Shown here: positions 35,675 through 49,042 of the stretch, piece by piece
Layout of the letters: the number at the start of each line of letters is the position of its first letter
Position numbering within the stretch: the stretch's first letter is position 1
Assembly: GCA_043228905.1 (NCBI GenBank)
Contig: JBHGNT010000006.1
Coordinates: 14,012,001-14,076,000, forward strand
Length of the DNA: 64,000 nt
DNA from: Azolla caroliniana
Lineage: Eukaryota > Plantae > Polypodiophyta
Direction of reading: 5' to 3'
The notes under the pieces: model-generated
Told to the model about the DNA's origin: nothing
What the model saw: only the letters and a program-made list of their open reading frames with translations
The model's database searches: none
Program-made: the position numbers and the translations under genes

Positions 35675-36075
35675 TGTAAACGATTACTTGCGGAAGTGTT
35701 AGAAAACAGAGAAAGTAGGGAATACATAGAGTACGCGAGAGAGACAGAGAGAGCAGAACATAAAAGTTATATTAAAAAATGATATATGCCTCTCACCCTT
35801 TACAATTGTGCTCAGTAGCACTATTTATACAAGTCCTCATGGGACTGACAGAAGTACCGTGTACTTCAATGCTCACACGAGCTTCTGACACTTACTACAA
35901 GACTATAATTTCCTAGTAGTCTAAACTAATACTAGGCTTCCGGTTACCGATTGGACCCGGCTAACCGGCTCCCCAGCTCACCGGCTTTGTTGCTTGCCAG
36001 CTTACCGATCTGTCTCGCTTGCCGGCTCAGGCTTATTCAGCCGATCCGGCTCCAGTTGAGCTAACCGCTTCAACA
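35675..36075 (-). repeat. 3' LTR of G
   Basis: TGTAAACG...TTCAACA; similar to 8431-8828. Confidence 0.9.
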
Positions 36076-38102
36076 CTCCCCCTCAAGCTCAACTTGAGGT
36101 TGGATCCTAGTGTCAGTCTCTGTGGCAGTCGGTCCTTCCAACCGACTTCTCCTAGCGTTGCTCCGCCTTGCTCGCGCTCCTCGTCCAATCCGGTTCTGTT
36201 TGTCGTGACCCCTCTTGTTCTCAGTCGGTATGTCTGCTCAATAGGCCCCTCTCAACTCCTTCATCGCTATGACTCCGGCGCTTATCGATCTGTCGGTTCC
36301 TCCACGATGGCATCGACTTCCACTGCATCCGTGTCTGCTTGGGCTTGAATTGATCCGGTTCTTCCGTATCTGTCTTTTGAACCGAATTGATTGTCTCCTA
36401 TTCGTTCCAGCTCTTGTCCGAATCGGTTGCTCTCGATTCTTCTTCTGGTTCCACACCCTTCACTACATTGGACCATGTCCGGGTCTTGGCCTTCTTCCTT
36501 CGGTCGGCTCTATCCTTCTTGACTCTGCCGCCTTTTGTTCTTCCCTCTCCGGTGCAATCGGCAGTCTCTTTGCCTTTGCTCTTTCCGGTGTCTTTGTCCG
36601 TTCTCCCCCTCAAGTGTGGCACGTCGAGATGTTGAACACCCAGCATGTCGGTAAAGTGTTGCAACTTGTCCGATCCGAGCGGCTTGGTGAAGATATCGGC
36701 AACTTGTCGATCAGTGTGAATATATCGTAGTTCAACTTCACTGCTCAGGACCCACTCACGCACAAAGTGATAGTGCACTTCTATGTGCTTCGTGCGAGCA
36801 TGGAACACAAGGTTCTTGGTGAGCTGCATATTGCTGATGTTATCACAATAAATCGGGATCGGGGTTGGTACCTCGATCCGCAAGTCTGCAGCAGTCGCAG
36901 AAGCCAAAAGGTCGCGCCCCGATACTCAGCCTCAGTGCTTGATAGAGCCATTGTTGGCTGCTTTTTCCTGCTCCATGCAACAGCTGCGCTCCCAAGGGAA
37001 ATTATAAAACCGGAGGTTGATCTGCGATTTGATGCATCTCCGGCCCAGTCGGCATCTGTGTAACCGACTAGCTCTTCGGGTATAACGTGTCGATATAACA
37101 AGCCCCGATCCTTCATGCCACTGACATATCGCAGTATCCGTTGCGCACACTAAAGGTGCTCCACGGTCGGCTTTTGCATGAATTGACTTATCATTCCGAC
37201 CGAATAGCTGATGTCGGGTCGTGTGATAGTCAAGTAAATAAGGCTTCCAACAACCTGTCGGAACCGTTGATCGTTGCAGGCCGGTCCGAAGTTGGGACAA
37301 AACTTCTGGTTCTGGTCCAAGGGTGTGGAGACAGGTCGGCATTCTGTCATGCCGAACTTGTACAGCATATTCAAGACGTAATGTCGTTGTGAGAGCAATA
37401 TGCCGTCCGGGGTTTGGATCACCTCGATCCCTAGAAAATAATGAAGCTCCCCCAAATCCTTCATCTCAAATGCATCCGACAACTGGGATTTGATGCAGTT
37501 GATTTCTAGAACTCCTGGTCCAGTGATGACTAGATCATCAACATACAGCAGTATACATACCGGACCAGCTGAGCCTTGCCGGATGAACAACAAAGAGTCC
37601 GATTTGGAGGCCACAAACCCCATCTTACGCAACAGGTGTGTGATCTTCACATTCCAAGCTCGAGGACCTTGCTTCAGGCCGTACAACGACTTCTTCATCT
37701 GGCATACCGCCGACTTGTTCATCACCGATTCAAAGCCGGGGGGCTAAGTCATAAAGACTTCTTCTTCAAGGTCACCCTAAAGAAACGCATTCTTCACATC
37801 CATCTGGTGAAGATGCCACCCCCTTGCTGCAACAACCGCCAGCACCACATGAACCGTTGTCATCTTTGCTACCGGAGGGAAGGTCTCGTCATAGTTGATT
37901 CCGTGGGTCTGCGCGTATCCCTTCGCCACTATCCGGGCTTTATACCGGTTAACAGAACCATCGACGTTTTACTTTACCTTGTATATCCACTTGCATTCGA
38001 TTGGTTTACAGAGACGAGGAGGGTCAACGAGGTCCCATGTCTTGTTGACATCAAGCGCCCGCATTTCTTCTTCCATAGTGGCACGCCAATTTGCGTTCTT
38101 GG

Positions 38103-38381
38103 TGACAGGAACTACACACTCCGATGAACAACGCTCGGCCACAACCGAGCTTAGAATCAAACACGAAAACGGGGAATAAAAGAAGACACGACACAAAGGA
38201 GAGAAGAGAACACAGGATGTTAACGTGGAAAACCCAAACTAGGGAAAAAACCACGGCAGCCCACAGACTGCAAACAATCACTATGTCAGAATGTACAAAA
38301 TGGTAAAGCACCAAAGCAACGACCTCGAGCTTTCTACCTTCGCCACAGGCGGCGGTTACAATAGAGGCAATGACCTCTTCG

Positions 38382-38414
<33 letters not shown>

Positions 38415-38871
38415 GTACACTGTTGCGCGCTCTAATCTTACGCCAACAAGAATGACAACAACAACAACCTCTAAGTTTGCCCTAAGTCATATTTATACTA
38501 ATATGACTTTTCGGCTATTTACAATTATAGCCCCAATGGACTCTCAGAAAACATATTTACGAATATGTCCCTTCATCCGGTGAGCACTTCTCACCGGGCC
38601 TTCATCATCCGGCTCTTGCCAGGTACTCCTCATCCAGTTCTCACCGGGTCTTCCGTAGCCGGGCACTCCTCATCCGGTTCTCACCGGATCTTCCGTAGCC
38701 GGGTACTCCTCATCCAGTTCTCACCGGCTCTTCCGTAGTCGGGTACTTGTCACCCGGTTCTCACCGGCTCTTCCGTAGCCGGGTACTCCACATTCGGTTT
38801 CGGCCTCGGCCGAGTTTACTCATCAGTACTGTTCTTCTCACTTCCCATCCGGAGGGACCTGTTTCCTAACA
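38103..38871 (-). repeat. 3' LTR of F with ~40-bp tandem repeats
   Basis: TGACAGG...CCTAACA; GGGTACTCCTCATCCGGTTCTCACCGGGTCTTCCGTAGCC x~5 at ~38590-38790. Confidence 0.9.
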
Positions 38872-38881
38872 AACTCCCCCT

Positions 38882-40330
38882 TCACTCTGGCATGGGATGT
38901 CTTACTAGTCCGATCCGCTTTCGGCATGCATCTAGCTTGTCGGGTATCAGTACTTTGGTCAGCATATCTGATCCATTCTCGGCCGTGTGGATCTTCGTCA
39001 ACGCGAACTCCTGGTCATCTACTCTTTCCCAGATCCAGTGATACCTTCATTGGATATGCTTGGTCCAGGAATGGTAGGCCGCATTCTTAGCAAGGTGGAT
39101 GGCACTTTGACTGTCACAATAGAGCCGGTATTCATCTTGCCGGATACCGAGCTTTCCGATGAAGTCCTTCATCCATAATATTTCCTTCCCGGCTTCTACA
39201 GCCGCCATGTACTCCGCTTCCGTGGTTGACAACGCAACTGTCTTCTACAGCCTCGACTGCCACGAAACAGCTCTCCTTGCATATGTCATTACATACCTGG
39301 ATGTAAACCGGTTGGTATGCACATCAGCTGACATGTCCGAATCGGTAAAACCGTCAAGTTGAGGTTTGTCGAAACCGAATTGGAGACACATATCCGAAGT
39401 GCCCTTCAAGTACTGGAGTATCCATTTGACCACGTTCCAGTGCTCCTTGCCGGAATTGCTCATAAACCGGCTCACCACTCCAATTGCGTAGCCTATATCC
39501 GGTCGGGTACACACCATTGCGTACATCAAGCTCCCGACGGCAGAGGCATATGGAACCTTCATCATATCAGCCTTCTCTGCTTTCGTCTTCGGGCTTTGCT
39601 TACCGGATAATCTGCAGTTTGTCGGGAGTGTCGATCCGACTGGTTTTTCTTCTAACATGTTGAACCGTTGAAGCACCTTTGTCACGTATTTCTCCTGTGA
39701 CAGCCACAGTTGCTTCGTTGGCCGGTTCTGGATGATATGCATCCCCAGCATCTGTCTTGCCGGACCCAAGTCTTTCATCGCGAGGGTTCGGTTGAGAGCC
39801 TTCTTCAGCATCCGTATCCTGGCTTGGTTCCCTCCGACGATCAACATGTCGTCCACGTACAGAAGGAGTATCAGGAAGTCGTCTCCTTCGAACTTCTTCA
39901 CAAACACACAGTGATCGGCCTGTGTCTTGTTGTACCCTTGATCGGTCATGAAGGAGTCGAACTTTCGGTACCATTGTCGGGGAGCCTGCTTCAGTCCGTA
40001 CAGGCTCTTCTTCAACCGACAGACCAGGTCCTCCTTCCCTTTCTCCACAAATCCTTCCGGTTGCTGCATGTAGATCTCCTTTTCAAGGTCACCGTGAAGG
40101 AATATCGTCTTCACGTCCAACTGCTCTACCTCGAGGTCCATGCTTGCCGCTATACTCAGCACCATCCGGATGGAGGTCATCTTTACTACCGGGGCAAATA
40201 TCTCGTCGAAGTCCACGCCCTTCTTCTGCTAGAACCCCTTCATCACGATCTTGGCTTTGTATCTCGGGGGGTTGCCGGCATCTCCCGGTTTCAACTTGTA
40301 CACCCACTTATTTCGGAGTGCCCGCTTTCC
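38882..40330 (-). pseudogene. RT-RNaseH of F
   Basis: ORF 39245-40216 (YVDD) and 39047-39232, with stops; close homolog of D pol. Confidence 0.9.
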
Positions 40331-40469
40331 TTCATCATCCGGCTCTTGCCGGGTACTCCTCATCTGGTTCTCACCGGGTCTTCCGTAGCCGGGTACTCCT
40401 CATCCGGTTCTCACCGGGTCTTCCGTAGCCGGGTACTCCACATTCGGTTTACTCATCAATATTGTTTTT

Positions 40470-43400
40470 TGTTGAAGAACAGTGCTCGGCCACAACTGAG
40501 GAATATGATTAACTCACAGAAAAACAGGAAATCCAAAATGCACCGTTCAATAGAGAGAAGAGTACACTGGATGTTTTACGTGGAAAACCCTAAATGGGAA
40601 AAAACCACGGGAGTCCTCAAACTCCAACTATCACTACAAACAGAGATGTACAATGGTGAGGCTACAAGGCAACAACCTTGAGCTCACTGTCTTCGCCACA
40701 GGCGGCGGTAATACACATAGGCAACGACCTCTTCGTCTCTCTCTCTCTCTCTCTCTCGGCTGCTCACTTAGCTCCCACTGAGTGGAAAACCAGAAAAATG
40801 AGTAACAACATCGAAACTGTTTGCCCTAAGTCATATTTATACACATATGACTTTCGGGCTATTTACAAATATAGCCTCAAGGGCTCTTGGCAAACATATT
40901 CACAAATGTGTCCCCGCATCCGGATCTCTCTCCGGGTACACTCGTCATCCGGTTGCGTAACCGGGGTCTTCAGCATCCGGCTCCGTAGTCGGGGTCTCTT
41001 CATCCGGCTTCATGCCGGGTACTATTCATCATCCGGTTCCGTAACCGCAACCGGGCTTGCCGTCATTCATCTCCGGACATCCCATCCAGAGGGACCGAAA
41101 TCCCAACAAACTCCCCCTTCACTTCGGCATGGGATGTCTCTCCAATCCGATCCTCTTCCGGCATGCTTCCAGCTTGTCGGGTGTGAGCACCTTGGTCAGC
41201 ATATCCGACCCGTTCTCGTCCGTGTGGATCTTCGTCAGCACGAACTCCTTGTCTTCTATCCTTTCCCGGATCCAGTGGTATCTACGCTGGATGTGCTTCG
41301 TCCGGGAGTGATAGGCCGCATTCTTCGCAAGGTGGATGGCACTCTGACTGTCGCAGTAGAGTCGGTACTCCTCCTGCCGGATACCGAGCTCTCTAATGAA
41401 GTCCTTCATCCATATTATTTCCTTGCCGGCTTCAACAGCTGCCATGTACTCCGCCTCCGTGGTTGACAACGCAACCGTCTTCTGCAGCCTCGACTGCCAC
41501 GAAACAGCTCCCCCTGCATGCGTCATCACATACCCTGATGTGGACCGGCTGGTATCTGCATCAGCCGACATATCCGAATCGGTAAAGCCGTCGAGTTCGG
41601 GCTTACCGGAGCCGAATCGGAGGCACACGTTTGTCGTGCCCTTCAGGTATCGGAGTATCCACTTGACCCCGTTCCAGTGCTCTTTGCCGGGATTGCTCAT
41701 GTACCGGCTCACCACTCCGACTGCGTATCCTATGTCCGGTCTTGTACACACCATTGCGCACATCAAGCTTCCGACGGCAGAGGCATATGGTACTTTCATC
41801 ATGTCCTCCTTCTCAGCCTTTGTCTTGGGGCTTTGCTTACTGGACAACTTGCAGTTTGCCGGGAGGGTTGACCCGACCAGTCTTGCTTCCGACATGTTGA
41901 ACCGGTGAAGCACCTTTGTCACGTACTTCTCCTGTGACAGCCACAACTGCTTCTTCTTCCGGTTCCGGATGATGTGCATCCCTAGTATTTGCCTCGCCGG
42001 ACCCAGGTCCTTCATTGAGAAGGTTCGGTGGAGTGCTTTCTTCAGCATCCGTATCTTGACCTGGTCCCGTCCGACGATCAACATGTCGTCCACGTACAGG
42101 AGGAGTATTAGAAAGTCTCCTCCTTCGAACTTCTTCACAAACACGCAGTGATCGGACTGCGTTTTGTGGTACCCTTCGTCGGTCATGAAAGAGTCAAACT
42201 TCCGGTACCATTGCCGGGGATCCTGCTTCAGTCCGTAAAGGCTCTTTTTCAACCGGCATACCAGGTGCTCCTTCCCTTTCTTCTCGAATCCTTCCGGTTG
42301 CTACATGTAGATCTCTTCTTCGAGGTCACCGTGAAGGAATGCCGTCTTCACGTCCATCTGTTCTACCTCGAGATCCATGCTTGCCGCTATGCTCAGCACC
42401 GTCCGGATGGAGGTCATCTTCACTACCGGGGCAAATATCTCGTCGAAGTCGACGCCCTTCTTCTGCTGGAACCCCTTCACCACGATCCTGGCTTTGTATC
42501 TCGGGGGGTTTCCGGCATCTCCCGGTTTCAGCTTGAACACCCACTTGTTTCGAAGTGCCCGCTTTCCTTTCGGCAACTCCACAAGTTCATATGTGTGGTT
42601 CTCATGCAGGGAATCCATCTCCTCCTGCATGGCACTTGACCACCTCCGGCTATGGGTGTCAAGTTTTGCTTCTTCAAAGCTCTCCGGCTCCCCCTCGTCG
42701 GTTAGCAGCACGTGCTCTGGTTCCGGAAATCTCCGGGGGACCCTTCTCTCTCTTAGAGGATATCTCCATTCCGGAGCTTCGGTAACCGGCTCCTCCGTTT
42801 CCTCTTCATCCGAATCCATTTCGGGATCGGGGCCGGTTCCGGTATCAGTTTCATCTTCCTCGGCCGGTTCTGTTTCTTCACCGTCTTCGGCCGGATCCTC
42901 GAGTGCTAACCGGTCCCTTGCCGGTCGGGACTGCTCTTCGTAGAGTTGATCCTCACCGGTCGACTTGGAGCTCTTCATCTTCTTCTCCGACTCCCAGTCG
43001 GCGAGTGTCTTGTCCTCCATGAAGATGATATCTCGACTCCTGAATATCTTCTTGTCGACCGGGTCCCATACTCGGTAGCCGAACTCGTCGTCGCCGTAAC
43101 CGAGGAATATGCATGGCCGGGTCTTTGGATCTAACTTTCCTCTCCGGTCCTTTGCCACATGCACGTATGCGAGACACCCAAACACCTTCAGATGCCGGTA
43201 GGACACTTCCTTACCGGTCCACACTCTCTGCGGCGTGTCTCCGTCCAAAGGTACTGAGGGTGATCTGTTTATCACGTATGTCGCCGTCGACATTGCCTCA
43301 GCCCAAAACCCCTTGGGTAATTTCGCATGCACCAGCATACTCCGGACCCTCTCCATTATGGTCCGGTTCATCCTCTCGGCCAGCCCGTTCAGTTCCGGCG

Positions 43401-45862
43401 TCTTCGGCACAGTAAACTCGAGCCGGATTCCCTTCGAGCAACAGTACTCCTGGAACTGCCCCCGGTATTCCCCTCCGTTATCCGCTCGTATCGCTTTCAG
43501 CTTCTTGCCGGATTCCCTTTCCACTCTCGCGTGAAGTTCTTTGAAGACGCACAACACTTGGTCCTTTGTCTTCAACGGTGCCGTCCACAGCTTCCGGTTG
43601 TGGTCATCAATGAATGTCACGAAGTACTGGGCTCCGCCATGTGACTTCGTTTCTACTTGACACACGTCAGTGTGCACCAACTCCAATGGTGCGCTACGTC
43701 TCGTCGGTGGCCTTGAGTGGAAGGAGGTCCGGTTTTGCTTACTGGCCAGACAGTCGGTACACTTCCCCAGGTGTACGTGCTTTACCGGTATCAGGTTGTC
43801 ATCGGCAAGCCTCTTCATCCCCTTCTCACTCATGTGGCACAGTCTCTTGTGCCACAGCTCACCGGCAGTGTCGGCTGCCACGTTCAGCTCCTCCGGACAT
43901 AGCCGGGAATTCATCAGGTACAGTGTATTGACCTTCCGGGCCCGAGCCACTATCAGGCTCCCTTTGCTGAACTTCATGACACCGTTCCGGATGCTACCCG
44001 TGTAGCCTTCATCATCTAGCCTCCCGGCCGAGATCAGGTTCAATCGGACCTCCGGAACGTGTCGAACATCCTTCAGCAGCATCTTGCATCCGGTTGATGT
44101 CATTAGCCACACGTCTCCTATGCCGGCAATCCGGCATGTGCCTTCATTTCCCATCCGGACACAGCCGTGCTCACCGGCTGTGTAGGATGAGAAGTATTTC
44201 TTCTCCGGGGTCAGGTGGAACGACGCTCCGGAATCGACCACCCAGGTCATCTCTTCACTAGCAAGGTTCAGCTCCCTTTCTTCGGTAATGAGCATTATCT
44301 CTTCTTCACTTGCCGCGAGTGCCGTCGTTCCTTTCCGGTCCTGCCCTCGCCGATCCGGACCTCTCCGGTCCGTGGCTCCCCGGTATGCACCGTTTCGCTC
44401 CGGTGACTTCTTCGAATCAGTGTCGTCGGCTCCGTTGTCTTTTCGGTAATGCCGACAATTCTTCCGGAAGTGCCCCGGCTTCCCACAGTGGAAGCATGTA
44501 GGTCTTCCTCTTGACTGCGACCGGGTCCCCGACTTCTCCCGTCTTTGCGGACTCCGGTTCCATTGTCTTCCCCGATCCGATTCGGTAAGCAGCATCTTCG
44601 GATCGGAGACCGGTTCTTTATCTCTCCGTCGCGCTTCTTCGTTCAAAATGCTTGTCTTTACCGTTTGTAGAGACAAGTTATCTTCGGTGCAGGAGGTGCT
44701 GAGAGTCACCACCAAGTTCTCCCAGCTCTCCGGTAATGTACACATCAGGATGATGGCTTGCATTGCATCCTCCAACTGGAACTTGATCGCCGCAAGCTGG
44801 TTCACGAATCCCATGAACGTGCTTACGTGTTCCACCATACTCTCGCCGTCGCGGTACTTGAGGTTCACTATCTTCCTCATCAGGGAGGTCCGGTTCAACG
44901 CATTCTTCCTCTCGTAGAGGCCCGACAGCTTCCGCCACATCTCGTATGCGTTGGTGTCGTTCGCCACATGTTGTAGAACGCTCACGTCGACGTACTGCCG
45001 AATGGTTGCAACGGCTTTCCGGTTCAGAAGCCTCCATTCTGTCTCAAGTACCCCCTTGGGTATTTCCGACCTGTCAATCGGTTCATACAGGTCCCGAACA
45101 ATGAGCAGATCCTCCATCTTTATCTTCCAGTCGGCGTAGTTCTGCGCATTCAGCACCATCATCCCCGGCTGCCCGCTGCTGCCGCCTTCCATTTTCTGCA
45201 CTGCCGTCGCTCTGATACCAGTTTGTTGAAGAACAGTGCTCGGCCACAACCGAGGAATATGATTAACTCACAGAAAAACAGGAAATCCAAAATGCACCGT
45301 TCAATGGAGAGAAGAGTACACTGGATGTTTTACGTGGAAAACCCTAAATGGGAAAAAACCACGGGAGTCCTCAAACTCCAACTATCACTACAAACAGAGA
45401 TGTACAATGGTGAGGCTACAAGGCAACAACCTTGAGCTCACTGTCTTCGCCACAGGCGGCGGTAATACACATAGGCAACGACCTCTTCGTCTCTCTCTCT
45501 CTCTCTCTCTCGGCTGCTCACTTAGCTCCCACTGAGTGGAAAACCAGAAAAATGAGTAACAACATCGAAACTGTTTGCCCTAAGTCATATTTATACACAT
45601 ATGACTTTCGGGCTATTTACAAATATAGCCTCAAGGGCTCTTGGCAAACATATTCACAAATGTGTCCCCGCATCCGGATCTCTCTCCGGGTACACTCGTC
45701 ATCCGGTTCCGTAACTGGGGTCTTCAGCATCCGGCTCCGTAGTCGGGGTCTCTTCATCCGGCTTCATGCCGGGTACTATTCATCATCCGGTTCCGTAACC
45801 GCAACCGGGCTTGCCGTCATTCATCTCCGGACATCCCATCCGGAGGGACCGAAATCCCAACA
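40470..45862 (-). mobile_element. Tork-like copia E, full length, sister of D
   Basis: 639-bp LTRs at 40470-41108 and 45224-45862 (~5 mismatches by eye); PBS 45209-45220; PPT after 41110; TSD TTTTT/TTCTT (one mismatch). Confidence 0.96.
41119..45192 (-). pseudogene. copia Gag-Pol of E with a single nonsense codon (42301-42303)
   Basis: Same 4074-nt length as the D CDS; CAG>TAG in EEIYM*QPEG, otherwise open. Confidence 0.95.
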
Positions 45863-46339
45863 TTCTTCTCACTTCCCATCCGGAGGGACCTGTTTCTTAA
45901 CACTTGGCCGCTTCTGCGTAGCTCTCCGGCTCACGCACTTCCGCCACCTTAGTCATGTACGCATAGTGATGCGCCATGTACTCATTGTACCCGTACCGCT
46001 TGACGGGATGCTTTTGGCGGGTGGACCGGCGTAACTCACCGTTACCCGGTTTGAGGCCCTTCTTGGCCGGTTCGGTCTTCATTGCCGAAGATCCGTGTTT
46101 CTCCTTGCCAGAGTCGGAGGTACACCGATCCGACTCATCGTTGCCGGATTCGAATTCCTACATCTTCTTCTTCCCCTTTGCTTTGCGCGTGAACTGTCTC
46201 CTCGGTTCCTTGCGCAGGGAGTGCACGGCAGAGTCTCCGCTACTCGCCGGTTCCTCATCGGACTAGTCAGATTGACTCAGTCTCTCGTTCGACCCACTCA
46301 ACTGGAACGATTCCGGACTCTCATCCTGAGTGCGAGCCG

Positions 46340-47492
46340 ACTCAATATCGACAACTAATCGGTAGCCTAATCTATCTAACCATCACCCGACCCAACTTCA
46401 GCTACTCGGTCGGCCTACTTAGCCAATTCATGCAGAATCCTCGCAATGAACATCTCGATTGCGCTAAGAGGGTACTTCGGTATGTGCATGGGACAATGGA
46501 TTTCGGCATCTTATACAAGTAAGATACGATCATCTAGCTCGAAGAGTACACAAATGCGAATTGGGTTGGCTTCAAGGTCGATAGACGATCGACCTCCAGA
46601 TTCATCTTCTCTCTAGTCAATGGAGCGATCTCCTAGAGCAATAAGAAGTAGTCGACAATCGCATTGTCGAGCACAGAGGCCGAATACAAGGGCCTGGCAG
46701 TCGCCGCATGCGAAGCTGTTTGGCTCAAACACATTTTAAAGGATCTGGACGTTCCCAACAAGGATTCGATTCTCCTATACTGTGACAATATGAGGAGTAT
46801 CCACTTGGCTCGGAACCCCATGTTCCATGCGCGGACTAAGCATATCGAAGTGCACTACCACTTCATTCGAGAATGCGTTCAAGCTAGAGATGTCGACTTA
46901 CAACACATTAGAACAAACCTTCAGGTGACCGATAGCTTCACAAAAGCACTAGGTGTTGACAAGCTGTAGCAGTTCGCGACAAACCTTGGTCTCTCGATCA
47001 CCGATCGATCGATCGAAGCCGACCAAGGGAGTCGAAGTATGATAACAATTGAGTCAAGAGCCAAACAAGGAGCACGAAGTAATCGAGCAGTCGAAAGCCG
47101 AACAACCGAAACAACTCGAAAGCCGAAGCTGATTCAACCGAATTGAAGTTTTTCGAAGATCGAACCAACAATGTTTCGACATCGGGAAGTTGTGCTCGAA
47201 GGGGCATGTTAAGAATCGAACTCAACTTCCCATAGAGATAGTGTTCACACTAGCTAGTGGACATCATACTAGGCTAGATTTGTAATTAGTAGAAAGGGCA
47301 CTTGCCCTAGATCAATTGGTATTCAAACCAACCTTTTGTAACTTAGTTATTGTTGGATGTTACAATCTATCTTTATAGATATATACAACTTCTTGTTCAA
47401 GCTCTCTCTCTATCTTGCCTTACGTGCACTCACACACACACAAATAGTTAGCTTCCGTTGCATAGCACCACCTACGTCTCACCTTCTTTACA
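46340..47492 (+). mobile_element. old copia 3' remnant (RT end, RNaseH, LTR ~47207-47492)
   Basis: ORF 46664-46969 (SSTEAEYK...[13 protein letters not shown]); GAAGGGGCA then TGTTAAG...TTTACA. Confidence 0.75.
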
Positions 47493-49015
47493 CGATGAAA
47501 TATAATGTCTCCTAAGGTTTCATGTCTTTTGTATTTACATTTTTATGTGGTTATTTTTTTATTTCATTAGTTATAATTTGTTTAGTTTAACTGAACTTAA
47601 AGAGCCCTAGGGGACTATATCCTCCATCAAGTTGACTAAATGATATTATATAGGTTGTTTTTACATGGTTATGTATCCATGTAGGAACAAGAGAAGATTC
47701 AATGTGACTCTTTTTGCCTTCCTCATTCTCTTTACCATGCATTAACAAGAAATATCCACAACCCCCTACTTAGAGTAACTAAATTTAATAATTCTTCTGA
47801 GATTGTTTTCCTAGCTACACAGCACATACATATGTGACTTTCTTCCTACAATCCATGGATAAAAGAAATCATCATCATAAACATTATTATTAGCCCAATT
47901 GATCTTCTGAGTGAATAAGATATTTATTATCATATAATTTACATTGAAGAGACTATATATGGAGGGGGAATAACTCATTCTTGTGGTAGATTTATAACCG
48001 ACTAATTGTTTTAACCTTGTACAAAGGAGTGGTAGATTTTATATTAAGGAGAAAAAGGATATGTAGTTATATTTTGCCCACTCTATTTGTTAAATTCAAA
48101 GCAAGGTTAGTAAATATGTAGCACCTAGATTATCATCGCAATAAGGGTATCCTCCACTTGTTGACCCTATGCAGGAACCACACCTAGAGCCCCATAAATA
48201 AACCAAAGAAGTTAGAGATTTGATTTATATTTTGCTTGACCCAGTTTCATGATTGAGGTGTACCTTTTGTTTTGTCATGCACGGTTAAATGATTTTGGAA
48301 GCTTTACAAGGGCTTGCTTGCATTCTCAACATGTGATATGAAGTTGCCATGATATGGATGGAAAAACAATTGGATCATGAGGATTTATATTTTGCTTGAT
48401 GTGATTCTATAATTGAGGCGTGAGTTCCATTTTGTCCTCAGTGTGTGGGTTTGTGAGGTTGTGCACATTTATCATGATATGGACTTGGCATGTTGCAGTA
48501 AAAGAATAGGTTGTCTAATAGTTACATGAATATCCTAGCATGTTGAAAACTGGAACATACACACATCCTTCTTCTCTTTTACCAAAACATTATGTGAGTA
48601 AATCATATCTTATTTCTTTAAGTTCAAATTGTTATGCTTGAGTTCTTTCATCTCATATTATTCTTTTAAGGCAAGCTTGCAATTTTTGCTTGCTATATCA
48701 TTGCAATCTTCATTTCTCCAAGGAATGATATATTTTGTGGAACAAAGATTTATTTATTTTTCCCCAAAAAAGACTCCTTCAATTAGTTATAAAATTTTAC
48801 AAATGAGAGTGTTATATACAAATCCCTATAGGGACACGGTAGTTCCAACTTCCACCTTATGTGAAGTGACTCAAGAAAGGGAGAGGACAACCATTGTTGG
48901 ATTAAGGCTAGTCATTGCCTTTCAACTCCATCGGAGCCACCCTTGAGGCCATCGTATTGGCTCTTTAGGAACAAAGATTTTACAAAACATCAAACTATGA
49001 TTGCAAGCATATGAG

Positions 49016-49042
49016 TATATATATATATATATATATATATAT
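49016..49042. repeat. (TA)n microsatellite
   Basis: About 13 TA units. Confidence 0.95.

Larger units (their letters stand above)
38103..45902 (-). mobile_element. Tork-like copia F, internally deleted, interrupted by E
   Basis: 3' LTR 38103-38871; RT/RNaseH ~38882-40330; remnant 5' LTR ~40329-40469 plus 45863-45902; TSD CTTGG at 38098-38102 and 45903-45907. Confidence 0.9.
35675..46305 (-). mobile_element. Ty1/copia element G (5'-truncated), interrupted by F
   Basis: 3' LTR 35675-36075 homologous to the A2 LTR; PPT 36076-36086; RNaseH+tail 36398-36907; RT to 38102, resuming at 45908; TSD CTTGG. Confidence 0.88.

Noticed and set aside
39710-41466. Long + strand ORFs (323 aa, 262 aa; also 45432-46034)
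   Set aside because: They are antisense shadows of GC-rich pol and LTR sequence that run across insertion junctions.
45193-45249. 19-codon N-terminal extension of the E ORF
   Set aside because: It starts at a non-ATG codon inside the LTR/PBS; the ATG homologous to D is at 45192.
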